Assembly (NCBI RefSeq): GCF_048593235.1
Contig: NC_133621.1
Span: 38,865,148 to 38,908,319 of the forward strand
Length of the DNA: 43,172 nt
Direction of reading: 5' to 3'
Origin: Sminthopsis crassicaudata
Lineage: Eukaryota
Position 1 is the stretch's first letter; every line of letters begins with the position of its first letter. Positions 22,696-35,420 of this stretch are shown here, one piece after another. Position numbers and translations under genes: made by a program. The notes under the pieces are model-generated. The model had not been told where the DNA came from, did not search any database, and saw nothing but the letters and a program-made list of their open reading frames with translations.

Positions 22696-25600
22696 GGAGT
22701 AATTCCAGGAATGGAGCCAAGATGCCAGAATAAAGTCAGGGAGCTGCTCAAGCTCTCCCAGTTTCCTTTGACATCCCAGTTTCCTTCCACATTAAGCCAA
22801 GCCTGTGAGCAAAATCTGATGGAAGGAACCCACTCAAGTTAGACTGAAAAAACTTCAAGAAAGGTCAGTCTCACTGAGATGAAAAGGGTGTCAGGTCACA
22901 TAGACTCTAGGAAAGACTGTGAGAGGGTCTTAATCATAGTAAATCAGCAACTAAGACCCTCATCCTGGCTCAGTAGAGGAACAAATCAATGGTGCAGTTT
23001 CCAGTCCCAGCTCAGAAGACAAACTTTGGGAAACCAGGCTGTTTCCTGAACAGAGCTGGCAAAGCTACCCTCTTTAAACACAAGAGGCTCCTGTGCTCAA
23101 AGCCAAAGCTCAGAGTGGCACAGGAAGCTTGGGATAGTGCCCTCTTTACTCCACGAGTAGAGCTCCTACTTAAAAGTAAAAAGAGATAAATATCAAAAGA
23201 AAAGGAAAGAAAATGAGCAAGAAACAGCAAAAAACAAAACAAACAAACAAACAAACATAAAAACCTTGACCATAGAAGGCCCACAGAATAAATCTCAAAG
23301 AGTGAGATAAATTGGTGTCAACCCCAAAATGGCTTCTTGGAAATGCTCATAAAAGACTTCAAAAGGCAAATAAGAGAGGTAGAAGAAAAAGTGAGAAAAG
23401 AAATGAGAGGTATGCATGAATGAGTCAACATTTTGGAAAAGGAAGGAAAGGAACTGTCTGAAGAAAACAACTACTTAAATAGTAAAATAAACCAAATGGA
23501 AAAAGAGACAAAAAAGATAACTGAAGAAAATCACACATTAAAAACTAGAACAGAGCAAATAGAAGGTAGTGATTTTATGAGATAGCAAGAATCAGTCAAA
23601 AAAAAAAAAGGTAAAAAGAATGAAAAAATTGAAGAAAATGGGAAATACCTCATTGGCAAAACAGCCGACATGGAAAATAGATCCAGAAGAAACAATTTAA
23701 AAGTTATTGGCCTACCTGAAGGCCATGATCAAAAAAGAGCCTAGATAGCATTGTACAAGAATTATTAAGGAAAACTGCCCCAATATTCTAGAAACAGGAG
23801 AGGAAGTACTCATTGAAAGAATCCATTGATCACCTCTGGAAAAAGATCCCACAAGGAAAGTCTCAAGGAACATTGTTGTAAAACTCCAAAACTATAATCT
23901 CAAGAGAAAAAAACTGTAAACTGACCAACAAAAACAATTCAAATATCAAGGAGCAACAATCGGGATTACCCAGGATCTGGCAGGTTCAACAACAAAAGAC
24001 TGGAGAGCCTGGAATAACATTCAGGAAGGCAGAGGACCTGAGGTTATAACCAAGAATTAGCTATTCAGTAAGATTCAGCATCATCAGGGGTCCATTGTGA
24101 ACTAATTGTCCCATCAGCAGGGGTAGCAATTCTGATTCCAGATAAAGCAAAAGTAAAAATAGATCCTATTAAAAGAGATGAGGGGAAGTACATCTTGATA
24201 AAGGGTACAATAAATAATGAAGTAGTGTACCACGTGATAGAGCCTGCAAATTCCTAGAGAAGATTTTAAACCAGGAAGAAATAGACAGCAAAACTATTCT
24301 CATGGGAGGCTTCAATCTTCCCCTCTGAGAATCAGACAACTCTAACCACAAAATAAACAAGAAAGAAACTAGGGATACTAATAGGATCCTGAAAAACTTA
24401 GATATGATAGAACCCTGGAGAAAATTCAATAGGAATGCACCTTTTTCTTGGCAGTACATGGCACTTACCCAAAAACTTACCATGCATTAGGGCATTAAAA
24501 ACTTCACAATAAAATGCAAAAAGTCAGACCACAATGTGATAAAAATTATATTCAATAAATGGCCAGGGAAAGATAGATTAAAAACCAGTTGGAAATTAAA
24601 TAATCTAATTCTAAAGAATGAAGGAGTCAAACAACAAATCACGGAAACAATCCATAATTTCATGCAAGAAAATGACAATAATGAGACAACATACCAAAAC
24701 CTATGGGATGCAACTAAAGCAGTTCTTAGGGGAAATTTTATATTTCTAAATAAAATAAAATAGAGAAAGAGGATATCAATGAATTAGGCATGCAATTAAA
24801 AAGGCTAGAAAAAGCCAACAGAAATTATATGATAATTTCAATGCATGCAGAAAAAGCTTTTGAGAAACAACAGCACCTATTCCTAATAAAAATACTAGAG
24901 AACATAGGGATAAGGGTAGCTTTCCTTAAAATAATAAACAGTATCTATCTAAAACTTATATCAAGCATTATTCGAAATGGAGAAGCTAGACACGTTCTCA
25001 ATAAGATTAGGAGTGAAACAAGGATGCCCATTATTACCACTATTATTCAACATTGTACTGGAAATGTTGGCTTTAGCAATAAGAAAAGAAAAAGAAATTA
25101 AAGTTATTAGAATAGGCAATGAGGAAATAAAACTTTCACTCCTTGCAGATGATATGATGGTATACTTAGAGCAGTTCTCAAACTAGGGCCTCGGGCCAGA
25201 TGCAGGGGGGCAGGGGAGGCTGAGGATTTTATGCAGCAACTGGGTTATGGCAAATGGGCTGAGGGGCGGAGACAGAGTGTGAGCTTTTGTTTTTTGCTAT
25301 AGTTCCACCCTCCCACAGTCTGAGGGACAGTGAACTGGCCCCCTATTTAAAAAGTTTGAGGACCACTGACTTAGAGAATCAAATAAAATTGTCCAAAATC
25401 TCAAAACCTGGAAACAGTTCACAGCTTTAACAAAGTTTCAAGATATAAAATAAATCTACACAAATCATCAGCATTTCTATATATTTCTGACAAAGTCCAT
25501 CAGTAAGAGATAGAAAGAGAAATTACATTTAAAATTTCTGTTAAAAAAAATTAAATTGTTGGGGGTCTACCTGCCAAGATAACTTCAAGAACTATGTGAA

Positions 25601-27049
25601 CACAATTACAAAACACTTTTCATACAAATAAAATCAGATCTAAACAGTTGGAACAATATCAATTATTCATGGGTAGGCCAAGCTAATATAATAAAAATGA
25701 TAATTCTGCCTAAAATAATCTTCTTATTCAGTGCTGTACCAATCCAACTGCCAAAACATTATTTTATATAACTAGAAAAAATAATAACAAAATTCATCTG
25801 GAAGGCCAAAAGGTCAAGGATATCAAGGGAATTAATGAAAAAATAATATAAAGGATGGTGGCTTAGCAGTACCAAACTTAAAACTATATTATAAAGCACC
25901 ATTGATCAAAACCATTTGATACTGACTAAGAAATAGAGTGGTGGATCAGTGGAATAGTGTAGATACACACAACATAATAATCAAGGCCTATAGCAATCTA
26001 GTATTTGATAAATCCCCAAACTCCAGCTTCTGGAGTAAGAACTAACTATTTGACAAAAATTGCTGGGAAAAACTGTAAAATAATATGTCAGAAAATCAGC
26101 ACATCTCACACCTCAATCCAAAATAAGATCAAAATGGACCCATGATTTGGGTATAAAGGATGATACCAAACAAATTAGCAGAACAAGGGATAATTTACCT
26201 ATTAGATCTTTGGAGAAGGGAGAAATTTATGACCAAAGAAGAACTAGAGAATATTATGAAAGGCAAAATGGACAACTTTGATTACATTAAATTAAAAAGT
26301 TTTTGTGCAAACAAAACCAATAGAAACAAGATTTAAAAGGGAAGTATAAAACTGAAAATATCTTTACAGCCAGTATTTCTAATAAAGATTTAATTTCTAA
26401 AATATATAAAGAACTGTGTCAAATTTATAAGAATACAAGTAATTCCCCAATTGATAAATGGTCAAAGGATATAAACAGATAATTTTCAGATGATTAAAGT
26501 AAAGCCATTTATAATTATATGAAAAAATGCTGTACTATTGATTAGAGAAATGCAAATTAAAACAACTCTGAGGTACTATCTCATACCTTTCACATTGGCT
26601 AAGATAGCAGGAAAAGATAATGACAAATATTGGAGGGGATGTGGGAAAACTGGTACACTAATGCATTTCTGGTGAAGTTGTACAATGATTCAACCATTCT
26701 GGAGAGCAATCTGGAACAATGTCCAAAGGCTATAAAACTGTACATATCTTTGACCCAGCTGTGGTACAGGAAGGTAATGGAATATTATTCTTCTATTAAA
26801 AATGATGAACAAGCTGATTTTAGAAAGGCTTGAAAAGATTTACATGAACTGTTGCTGAATGAAACAAACAGAATCATCTGCATCCAGAAAAAGATTTAAG
26901 GAGACTTAATGTAAATCAACACATGCTATGTTCACTTATTTTTTCTGATTTTTTTTTCTCTCACATAGTTTTTTCCCTTTTGATCTGATTTTTTCTCTCC
27001 TAACATGACTGATAAAGCAATGTGTATTTAAAAACTTGCTACATTAAAA
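22696..27049 (+). mobile_element. Marsupial L1 with both ends retained but internally deleted and disrupted (5'UTR, ORF1 from ATG 23213, ORF2 fragments, 3'UTR)
   Basis: 5' start ggagccaagatg. ORF2 motifs [37 protein letters not shown] and [10 protein letters not shown]. Flanked by AAGAATCTTTT at 22685-22695 and 27050-27060. Confidence 0.93.
25172..25368 (+). mobile_element. 197-bp hAT MITE, OposCharlie1/OC1-like, inserted into the L1 RT domain
   Basis: Perfect 8-bp TSD ACTTAGAG (25164-25171 and 25369-25376). Ends CAGTTCTCAAACT and AGTTTGAGGACCACTG. The subterminal GGCCCCCTATTTAAAAAG matches the OC1 end as I recall it. Confidence 0.88.
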
Positions 27050-27060
27050 AAGAATCTTTT

Positions 27061-27351
27061 ATTATTTTCCCTTAGCCCTCCTCTTTTACCTTCTCCCTTC
27101 TAGAATTTAGCTCCTTTGGGGCAGGGACTGTTTAGGTAATGAGGGGGTGGATATCCATGACTTGTAACTTCTATAACATCCAATTAGTGGGGAATCAGGG
27201 AAGGAACTTGTGCTTCGGGATAGGAAATAAAATGTTGTCTTTGGAGTTTCAAAGGTGTATCTACTTAGCTAGGCACCTATTCTTGCAAGAATGCAAAATA
27301 AATATTTCCAGCATTCAAAACAACCTTCAAAAAGCAGCAACAACAAAAACC
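27061..27351 (+). other. Non-L1 segment with AATAAA and a decayed A-rich tail, probable L1 3' transduction
   Basis: Lies between the L1 3' end and the second ACTAGCTA copy. AATAAA at 27297-27302 and an A-rich tail from about 27317. Confidence 0.6.
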
Positions 27352-27405
27352 ACTAGCTATGTGATCCTGAATAAGTCACTTAACCCAATGGTCTCATAAA
27401 AAAAG
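27352..27405 (+). mobile_element. 3' half of the same SINE
   Basis: ACTAGCTAtgtgatcctgaataagtcacttaacccaatggtctcataaaaaaa joins the 5' half seamlessly, as judged against the intact copy at 16290-16437. Confidence 0.85.
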
Positions 27406-28554
27406 ATGCAAAGTAATAATTTTAGATTGACTAGAATTATAATTTGTTGTGTTTATGCTATACTCCAGCAAAACTCCTCCTTATCTTGCCCCACACACCA
27501 TTCTTTGACCTATGGCCTCCCCAGCAATGATCTTGGAGAGTCCTGGGGTGTCTGTCTCTTCTCTTATATTGAATTTGTCCTGATTACAACTTGTATCATT
27601 TTCAAATTGTGAATTACAAATCTGAGTTGAAGGTATGTGTTGTACTGTTTCATCCAGTTCCCAGAATGCTCCTTGGGCTCTGAAAAACTACATGAAACCA
27701 ATTATTTTTACCACTACTTTGGCCTGGTGTTCAGTCAAGAAGGAAGACTTTGTATGTCCTATGAATTGTGTGATCCCAAACACAATGTTGCACTGCTGGA
27801 CTTCAGTGTCTCCATACACAGAATTCCTTCATTCATTTTGTCATTTGTCATTTCTGACAAATCAAGAGTGTAAGACTGATCTTAGTGGTCGGATGCAGTC
27901 AGAACCATGAGAGGAAGCCTCATTTTGGAGGATGGAAAGTAGAATGAAGATCAGGCAATCAGAGATCTTTAGTAGAACATCTTCATTTTACTGAGTACTG
28001 AGGGGACATCACGGAGGCAAGATTCAAATTAAGTTCCTGTGACTGCAGGTTCATCCATCTTTCCACTTCATCACTCTGACTCTGAAGTATTTCCCTTTCT
28101 GGCTTCCATTGCTTCCTTCAAAATTCATCTTATATCTCACCTTCGTACCTTCCTTCTAAGATTACCTTATTTTCATACTCTATATAACAATAGTTACATG
28201 TTCACTCCACTATCAGGCTTGAAATTCCTTGAGTGCAGGGACCATGTTCTTGCCTTTCTTTCTATCTCCAGCATTTTGCACAGTGTTTAGCTTTAATAAG
28301 TGCTTAATGAATGCTTATTGATTTAATTGACCCCATTACCTTTCATTGGTAACTAATCAGAAATTCCTCTGGTTCTATTAAATATAATAAGAAGTTAAGA
28401 GTTTTGCTTCATATCACAAGGAAAGTCAAGTGTCTGGACTTGGATCTTCCACTATATAAACTTCAGCCAGTGGTTCCCAGTTTTCTCTCTGGGGCTATTC
28501 AAAACAATAATAATAATTATTATCATCTGTATAGCTAACATGTATATAGCTAGG

Positions 28555-29081
28555 CATTGTACTAAGCTGTTATGTTCCCATTTCCACTTAAGGTTTTTCT
28601 TCTCTAAGCTAATCATCTCCTTTCCTTCAACAAGTCTTCATCTGTTTTGGTCTCAGGTCCCCTCAACATTTCAGCCTTCCTCATCTGCATATTCTCCAGA
28701 TTGTCAATGCCTTTTTCTAAAATCTAGCACTTAGAACTGAATGAATGTATTACTCCAGATGTGAACTGACCAGAACAAACTACAATGACACTGTTATCAT
28801 CTGAGTACTCCTAAATCTATTTTCAGTCATCCTAAGATCCTATTTGCTTTTTGGTGCCTAAACTACTCTTATAACTCCTAGTGAGCTTACTGTGGTTCAT
28901 TAAAATCTCTAATTTTTCCCCACATTAATTCTTTTCGAGCCCATTCAAATGTGACTTTACTTTTATCCCCATAGATTTCATCTTCTTGGATCTAACTCAT
29001 CATTCTAGTCTGTTGAGATCCTTTTGAATTCTGACACTGTCATCCAAAACATTAACTATCCTACCTTCATCCAAATCATTT
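28555..29081 (-). mobile_element. Ancient L3/CR1-like LINE fragment, interrupted by the L1 at 29092
   Basis: cttcatccaaatcatttaaaaatg and tattctccagat...actgacc segments typical of antisense CR1/L3. Confidence 0.55.
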
Positions 29082-29091
29082 AAAAATGCTA

Positions 29092-29662
29092 GAACAATCT
29101 GGAACTATATCCAAAGGGCTATAAAACTGTGCGTACCCTTTGACCTAGCAGTGCCAATACTGGGTCTGTATCCCAAAGGAATCACAAAAGAGGGAAAAGG
29201 ACCCACATGTACAAAAATGCTTGTAGCAGCTTTTTTATGTTAGCAAAGAATTGGAAAAGGAGTGAATGTCCATCAATTGGGGAATAGCTGAACAAATTAA
29301 GTAATGGAATATTATTGTTCTACAAAAAATAATGAACAAGCTAATTTTAGAAAGGCCTGGAAAGATTTACATGAACTGATGCTGAGCGAAACCAGGAATA
29401 CATCGTATTCAATAATAGCAAGAATGTGCAATGATCAACTGTGATAGGCTTGTTTCTTTTCAGCTTATCCAAAGCAATCCCAATAGACTTTGGACAGAAA
29501 ATGCCATCTGCCAGAAAAAGAACTAAGGAGGCTTAATGTAAATCAATACAATGCTATGTTCTCTTATTTTTTCTGTTTTTTATACTTCCCATGGTTTTTG
29601 CTCTTATTTTTCTTCCCATAGGTGATTCCTAAAGCAATGTGTGTTAAAAATAATTTTTTTTC
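29092..29662 (+). mobile_element. 5'-truncated L1 (ORF2 end plus 3'UTR)
   Basis: Similar to the 3' end of the L1 at 26700-27049. 10-bp TSD AAAAATGCTA at 29082-29091 and 29663-29672. Confidence 0.9.
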
Positions 29663-32600
29663 AAAAATGCTATAGAGTATTCTGAAGTCAGAGGAACTTA
29701 ATTATTTGATTCATTTCTCCTGCACCTTAAGAATTTGGAGAGCATTTTTTGATGTTCAATAAATCTTGGCATATCATTAGCTTTTAGTAGTGCAGAGATT
29801 ATCCCCATTGGTGTGACAGCTGACTTTTAATCTAGGTTTCCAGGTGTTTGGGGTCCATGGTATATTCTAACCTATTCTTTTTTATCCTATATAGTTATCC
29901 ATTCCATTTTCATTCCTTTTCAACTATCTATTCACATCAACATAATCGGTCTGCCCTAGTAGGGCTGCTTAACTTCTGAACAAAATCCATTATATGACAG
30001 GCTTTGAAGATTAAACCAGAACCATGATTTGAAATTGATTCACACCAGCCAGCAATTTTTGAATCTGTGTACTTTTTCTTCTCTGGACCTTTGTCTTAAG
30101 GTGGGTTTTTAAAAAGAGAAAGAAAAAGACCTCACATAAGTTGAATTTGAAAGATTCAAACTGTAGCTGACTCCTAAGCTTTGAAATGCTATAATGATTT
30201 GCATTTCCCAAAACCCTTATAAAGGAGCTAAATGTCAATCCCATGTTTAAAGCAACCTGATAAAGTTTTGGGAACTTCATATGGCCTCTTGTTCTCAATT
30301 TACCCTAAGAAAGCAACACTCTTTTCAGAACATCTGTCCTGCTACCTGAAGGCAAAACACCTTCCTTCAGGTTTCTGATTCTAATTTCAGAAGATGTTTT
30401 TCAGGCATTGTTTTTTTAAAAAGGGGGGGGAAAGAAAGGGGAAAAGGAAAAGGAAAATAATAAGAAGAATGGGTTTTCCTTAGACAAGAAATTATCTTTT
30501 ACATGAGCACTTTAGGCACTATGATAAAGCATCCCCCTTTCATATTTGGCATCTAAGCAATATCATTTAATCCCTTGACCTCACTCTTCAATGTTTAACA
30601 TTAAAACTATAAAAAGGGAGGATTTTAGACGGATTCCTTGGCCAGTACAAGCTCTTTCCTGTATACTTCAATGAGATAAATGATCTTAATACTCTTACAT
30701 GCCATAAGAACCAGCCTTGAATTTTTGTAACAAGCACAGACCATCATTGATTGTTGTTCTATTTATAGCCAGTTGCTGACTTCAGGACCTGGGACAGCAA
30801 TATGCCACATTGCAAACAAATGCAAATAACGTCCAGCAGAAAGTCAGGAGCCCATGAAATTACTATCCCAGTCCCCAACAGTATTCATCAGTAATTGGTA
30901 TACTCAACACCGATTTCTTTTTAGTTGAGGAGCAGAGTTTCTCCTTTGTTTGAAATTCTTCTTTTCCTGGTGGCTCTGTTGACCTCCTCCTTTTATGTTA
31001 TTGGAAATCAATCAGATCAGGAAATTAGGAAGGAAAGTAGCAATGCTGGAGATAACTTTTGCCTTCATGGATTATAGGCACCCCCCCATTTGGTCATTGC
31101 CTACCAAAGTTTCAAATGTCCTGTGGTCAGGTGGTCAAGACTTAGGAGTAAGTGGCTTTCATTGAATATTCCCAGAACTGGGGTGGTCCCAGAAGTCCAA
31201 GATCTTAACAAAAATGAAGGCTATAAGGGATATCTCCAGTGCTTTGAATAATGATTTTTAAAGGTTTTTCCTTTCCCCCTTTTATTCTTTCCCTTTTCTT
31301 TCATTTTCCTTTTTCCATTGTTTTCTTTCTTTTTCTTTTCTATTTTTTTTTTGACTGAACCTGTGATTTCATTGGTATAAAGAGGTCCCAGTGAAAGGCC
31401 TCTCTCTATGACTGTAGATTCTTAGCCATTGGATAATGTTCTTAGAGAATTGTCTGGGCCACTGAAAAAGTAACTGGGATAGGGTCACACAGCTAAGAGG
31501 GGTTAGAAGGATGACTTGAACCCAGGTCTACCTGACTTCCAGATAAGGTTTCTATGTACTATACATGTTATTTTGCTGCCTTTAATGACCACAAATATGA
31601 GAAAACCAATATTTTTGACACATTTCTTGGATTAAAATCTCAGTTTCACCATTTTATGATTGAAAGTAAGTAATTGTACCTGTACTGTCTCAGTTTCCTC
31701 ATCAGAAATGAGGGAATTAAATGAAATCAATTAGGTTTCTTAACATTCTGTGATTCTGGGGGTGTCAGGAGTATAGGTAAAGATATGGGGATGAGGATGA
31801 AAAAAAATGCTCAACTCATTCAGAGTTTCCAGTGGATAGGTGGTACCTGGATAATAGAGCCAATTCTATCCTTTATGGGTTTTTTTTTCTTTTTGCTTTA
31901 CTAGAAGCATCACCTTCCCAGTTTTCAGTAGGGGTAGGGAAATAGTTGTCATGAATCCATAGCCAGGTGAATAACTAGATCTGCCTATCTAGGAAAAAGT
32001 GAAATTTTTGGAGAGGAAAAACAGTAGTAAGAATGGAAAGAGAAGATTTATTTTGAAAGGACTGATTTTTTTAAGCAAGGGAAATCAGGGTGCTGGTATG
32101 AAGTGTGTCTTTAATGTTCTAGAATGCTGTGGGTAATAACAATGGCACTTCTTTTGTATGGCTTAGTCAATAGTCTTGCCAGTCCTTTGGGACTTCCCAA
32201 GCAGAGGACAAACATGCTTTCCGCCTTCATTCACAGGGGTATTTGATCAGCAGAGAGGAGCTGTTTGTTGGTTTGTCTCACACGCCTAATGTGTTCAAGA
32301 GCCCTTAAGTAAATCACTGGGAAAAATGCCATGCATTGGCAAATGCAGTGCATTGCAGGGAGGGCAGTGATTTCTTTATACAGGTATTTGAAAGCAGTTG
32401 GTAAGAGGCTGTGTTCTGGAATAAGAAGTGAATCAGACAGCAGTACTCTCCGGGAACCAGGTGTTTGACAGGGTCCAGGACACTCCTCCTTCCTGGTCTA
32501 AAGTCAGTTAGTAGACATTTATTAAATGCCTACTCTGTGCTAGGCACTATGCTAAGTGCTGGGGATGCAAAGAAAGTCAAAAGAGAATTCCTCAAGAAGT

Positions 32601-34339
32601 TCATAGTCTGATGAGACAGACAATATGCAAACAACCATGTACAAATTAGCTATCTACAGTGCCTTAACTGGAAAATGGATAGGTAAACGGCCTCTAAGAA
32701 CTCTTCCATTTCATGTTTGGAATTCTTTTACTTTACTTTCCCCCAAATTTCCCATAACTTGAGTAATATTCATCATTTCATTCCCAAATGTTTCAATAAG
32801 AATCATAAATTCAGATTGAGAAGAAGACTCAATTATTAGATAAGATATGTTCTATAAATGAGGAAATAGACCTAAAGGGGACACATCAAATAGTTCTTTC
32901 CAGAACTAAAATCCAAGTTTTGTTCCTAAAATCCCAAAAGTTGATTCCAATGGCCCCCATATGCATTTGGAGGTAGGGGGAAAATTTTGATGCTGATGAT
33001 TACATCTTGGTAACAAGTACAAAACTGATTACAGATATTTTAATGGGTTTAATTGGGAAGATGTTCATGCTGAGTAATAATTTGCTTCATAAACTCGTAG
33101 AGTAATTCATTTGATTCAATGAACACTGGTTGATCGAGGTCAGCCAATGTTTCTTAAGCTTCTAAGAGGTAGTAGGGTATTTTGGAGCCAAAAGGAGCTG
33201 GGTTCTAGTTCTTCTTACACATAATGATGTGGCAAGCTGCTTCAACTTTAAATGGTCCCATACAATTCCTCTAGATTGGTTCTGTCAAGTTCAAATAGAA
33301 ACATATCCCCACTGCTTCTGTATTGACTTAGAAAACTACAAATTCACCTTATTTAGGTTGTATTTTAATTTATTGGTTCAGACTGTGGCTAGGGGTCTGA
33401 GTTGGGCATCTCTGTAAACTAGACTAGAAGATGCAGACTACTTGCTAATCAGCATTGTTAGAGGGCACTAGGCAGAGGAATTTTCCTCACTAGAAGTTGT
33501 ATAGAACTTTAAAGTGACCAGATCTGGTTTGGCCCACCATGTGTATCACATATGAGACTATTTGACGGTTTTTCTGAAGGAAATTATTCCCTTTCTCCTT
33601 TAATTTACAGCATCCTAGATTTGTATGTAGAGGATACCTTAAAGATACTCTCCTGTTTGCCAATCTTACAGAGGAGAAAACTACAACTCAGAAGGGGAAA
33701 GGACTCCTGTGAGGTCATAGCTAAGGATTGATAGAGCCAGGACTTTTCCCTAAGTCATAGGAGGGAGCATTCTAATGAAAGAAAAAAACAGACTGGGAAG
33801 ACCCCAGACACCAAGGGAAAAAGGATGGGAAGCAAACTCTGAACTTCATAGCCTTTTCACTGAGTCATAAAATTGATGTGCTCTTCTCAGATTGATTTGA
33901 AATAGCAAAGGAGGGAAATCAGCTATTCGCTGACATTTGGCTCTCTTTCACTCAAACATATAGGGCCATTAGATTGAAGAGTATTTCATCCAGGGAGCTA
34001 CCATAAATAGAATTGTCCCAGAAGAAGCACAAAATAAATATTCTTTTGGTTTAATAGAAAATGGAGTTCTGCTCCTCTTAGAGTCTGGCCTGATCATTTT
34101 AATCCCACTTGGAGGAAAGATGCTTTCTACTGTGCTGATAATTAGCAAAAACACCCTATCTCCTTTCTTATTCCTGATGTTGGTCAATGTTTTCATTATC
34201 ACCTTCTCCCCCTTTCCCTTCCTTTGGGTTATACTATGAATTCTGTATTTTATTAAAGTCTTAGGCCAGATATTAGTTATCATTCTTGGAATTATATATT
34301 AATACTATGTAAACTCTATAGAAAAGAGACATAACTGGT

Positions 34340-35420
34340 CGCCTGATGTTTTATCAGTGTCCCCTCTCCTTAATCATTCTGCAGAAATTGATGCTTTTGA
34401 CCACCATTTTGACTTCCATGACCGTTCTCCACAGGATCTTCAGCCAGCATCTAATTCTGTCATCTTTGTGGGTTCGTCTTCCTCCTCTTGATCTCTAAGT
34501 GTGGATGTTCCTCAAAGCTCTGTCCTTAGAATGTGAATTTTCTTCTCTTCCTCTCTATCTATACTCGCTCTTCTGTTCATCCATTCCCATGCAGATAATG
34601 CTCCAAACTATATAAAACTGTATACTAACTCCTGAAGTCTACTCCCATGTTGTCCATCACTTGCTTCAAAGTTAAAATACATATGTGAAAAGCTGAAACT
34701 ATTACTTTCTCCAAAAACCCTAACTCTCCTCCCATCTTCCTTGTTTGCCTTGATGGTACCACTATTCCCTCCCAGTAACCCAAACTAAAAACCTGAAACA
34801 TCTTTGACTCTTCCCTCTTACACATTCACAAATAAATCATCAAGGTGACATTAGTAAGGTATCATATCAGTGTCCTTCTTTCCATTTATATATAATACCA
34901 TATATAATACCACCAACTAATTCAGGTAGGAATTAACTCTCACTTAAACCATTCAAATAGTCTCCTGATGGGTCTCCCAGACCCCAGACTCTTCTTTTTT
35001 AACATGTCCTTTTTCACTATAGAACCACCTAAATAATGTTCCTAAAGCACAGGTCTGAACATGGTCATTGTCATACAAATCCTCAGTGGTCCACTCCTGC
35101 AAAACAAACAAAACAACTCCTCAGCTTGCCATTCAACTCTCTTCACTTTGTGACTACCCTAACTCTCCAGTCTTATTTCATTTGTACATTCAAATCAAAC
35201 TAGGTTACCTGCCACTGTTTGATTCTATCCTTTCCTCTCCTGCCATAAACATTTACAAGTCTATCCTCCAATCTAAAATGTCCTTCTTCCACATCTTTGT
35301 CTGTTTAAAGTCTTTTAAACTTCAGCTAAGGCATTACTTCTTCACAGAAGCCTGGTCCCAGCTGAAAACACTCTGACTTTCCCCAAATTTCTTATTGTCC
35401 ATCATCTGGGCTTATCTGAG
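34340..35420 (+). mobile_element. Ancient L2 LINE RT/3' region
   Basis: Degenerate AFD..DH and DVPQSSVL (GVPQGSVL) coding traces, followed by an L2-type pyrimidine-rich 3' part. Confidence 0.7.

Noticed and set aside
24536-25186. L1 ORF2 fragments as functional proteins
   Set aside because: They are broken by stops, frameshifts, large deletions and a MITE insertion.
27635-27910. Two overlapping protein-like ORFs (78 and 91 aa)
   Set aside because: Neither is recognisable, there is no good downstream donor, and neither matches TMEM108.
33969-34283. 104-aa minus ORF with a roughly 90-codon open frame on the opposite strand
   Set aside because: No recognisable motif or coherent splice signals; open frames on both strands often coincide in low-complexity purine/pyrimidine-skewed DNA.
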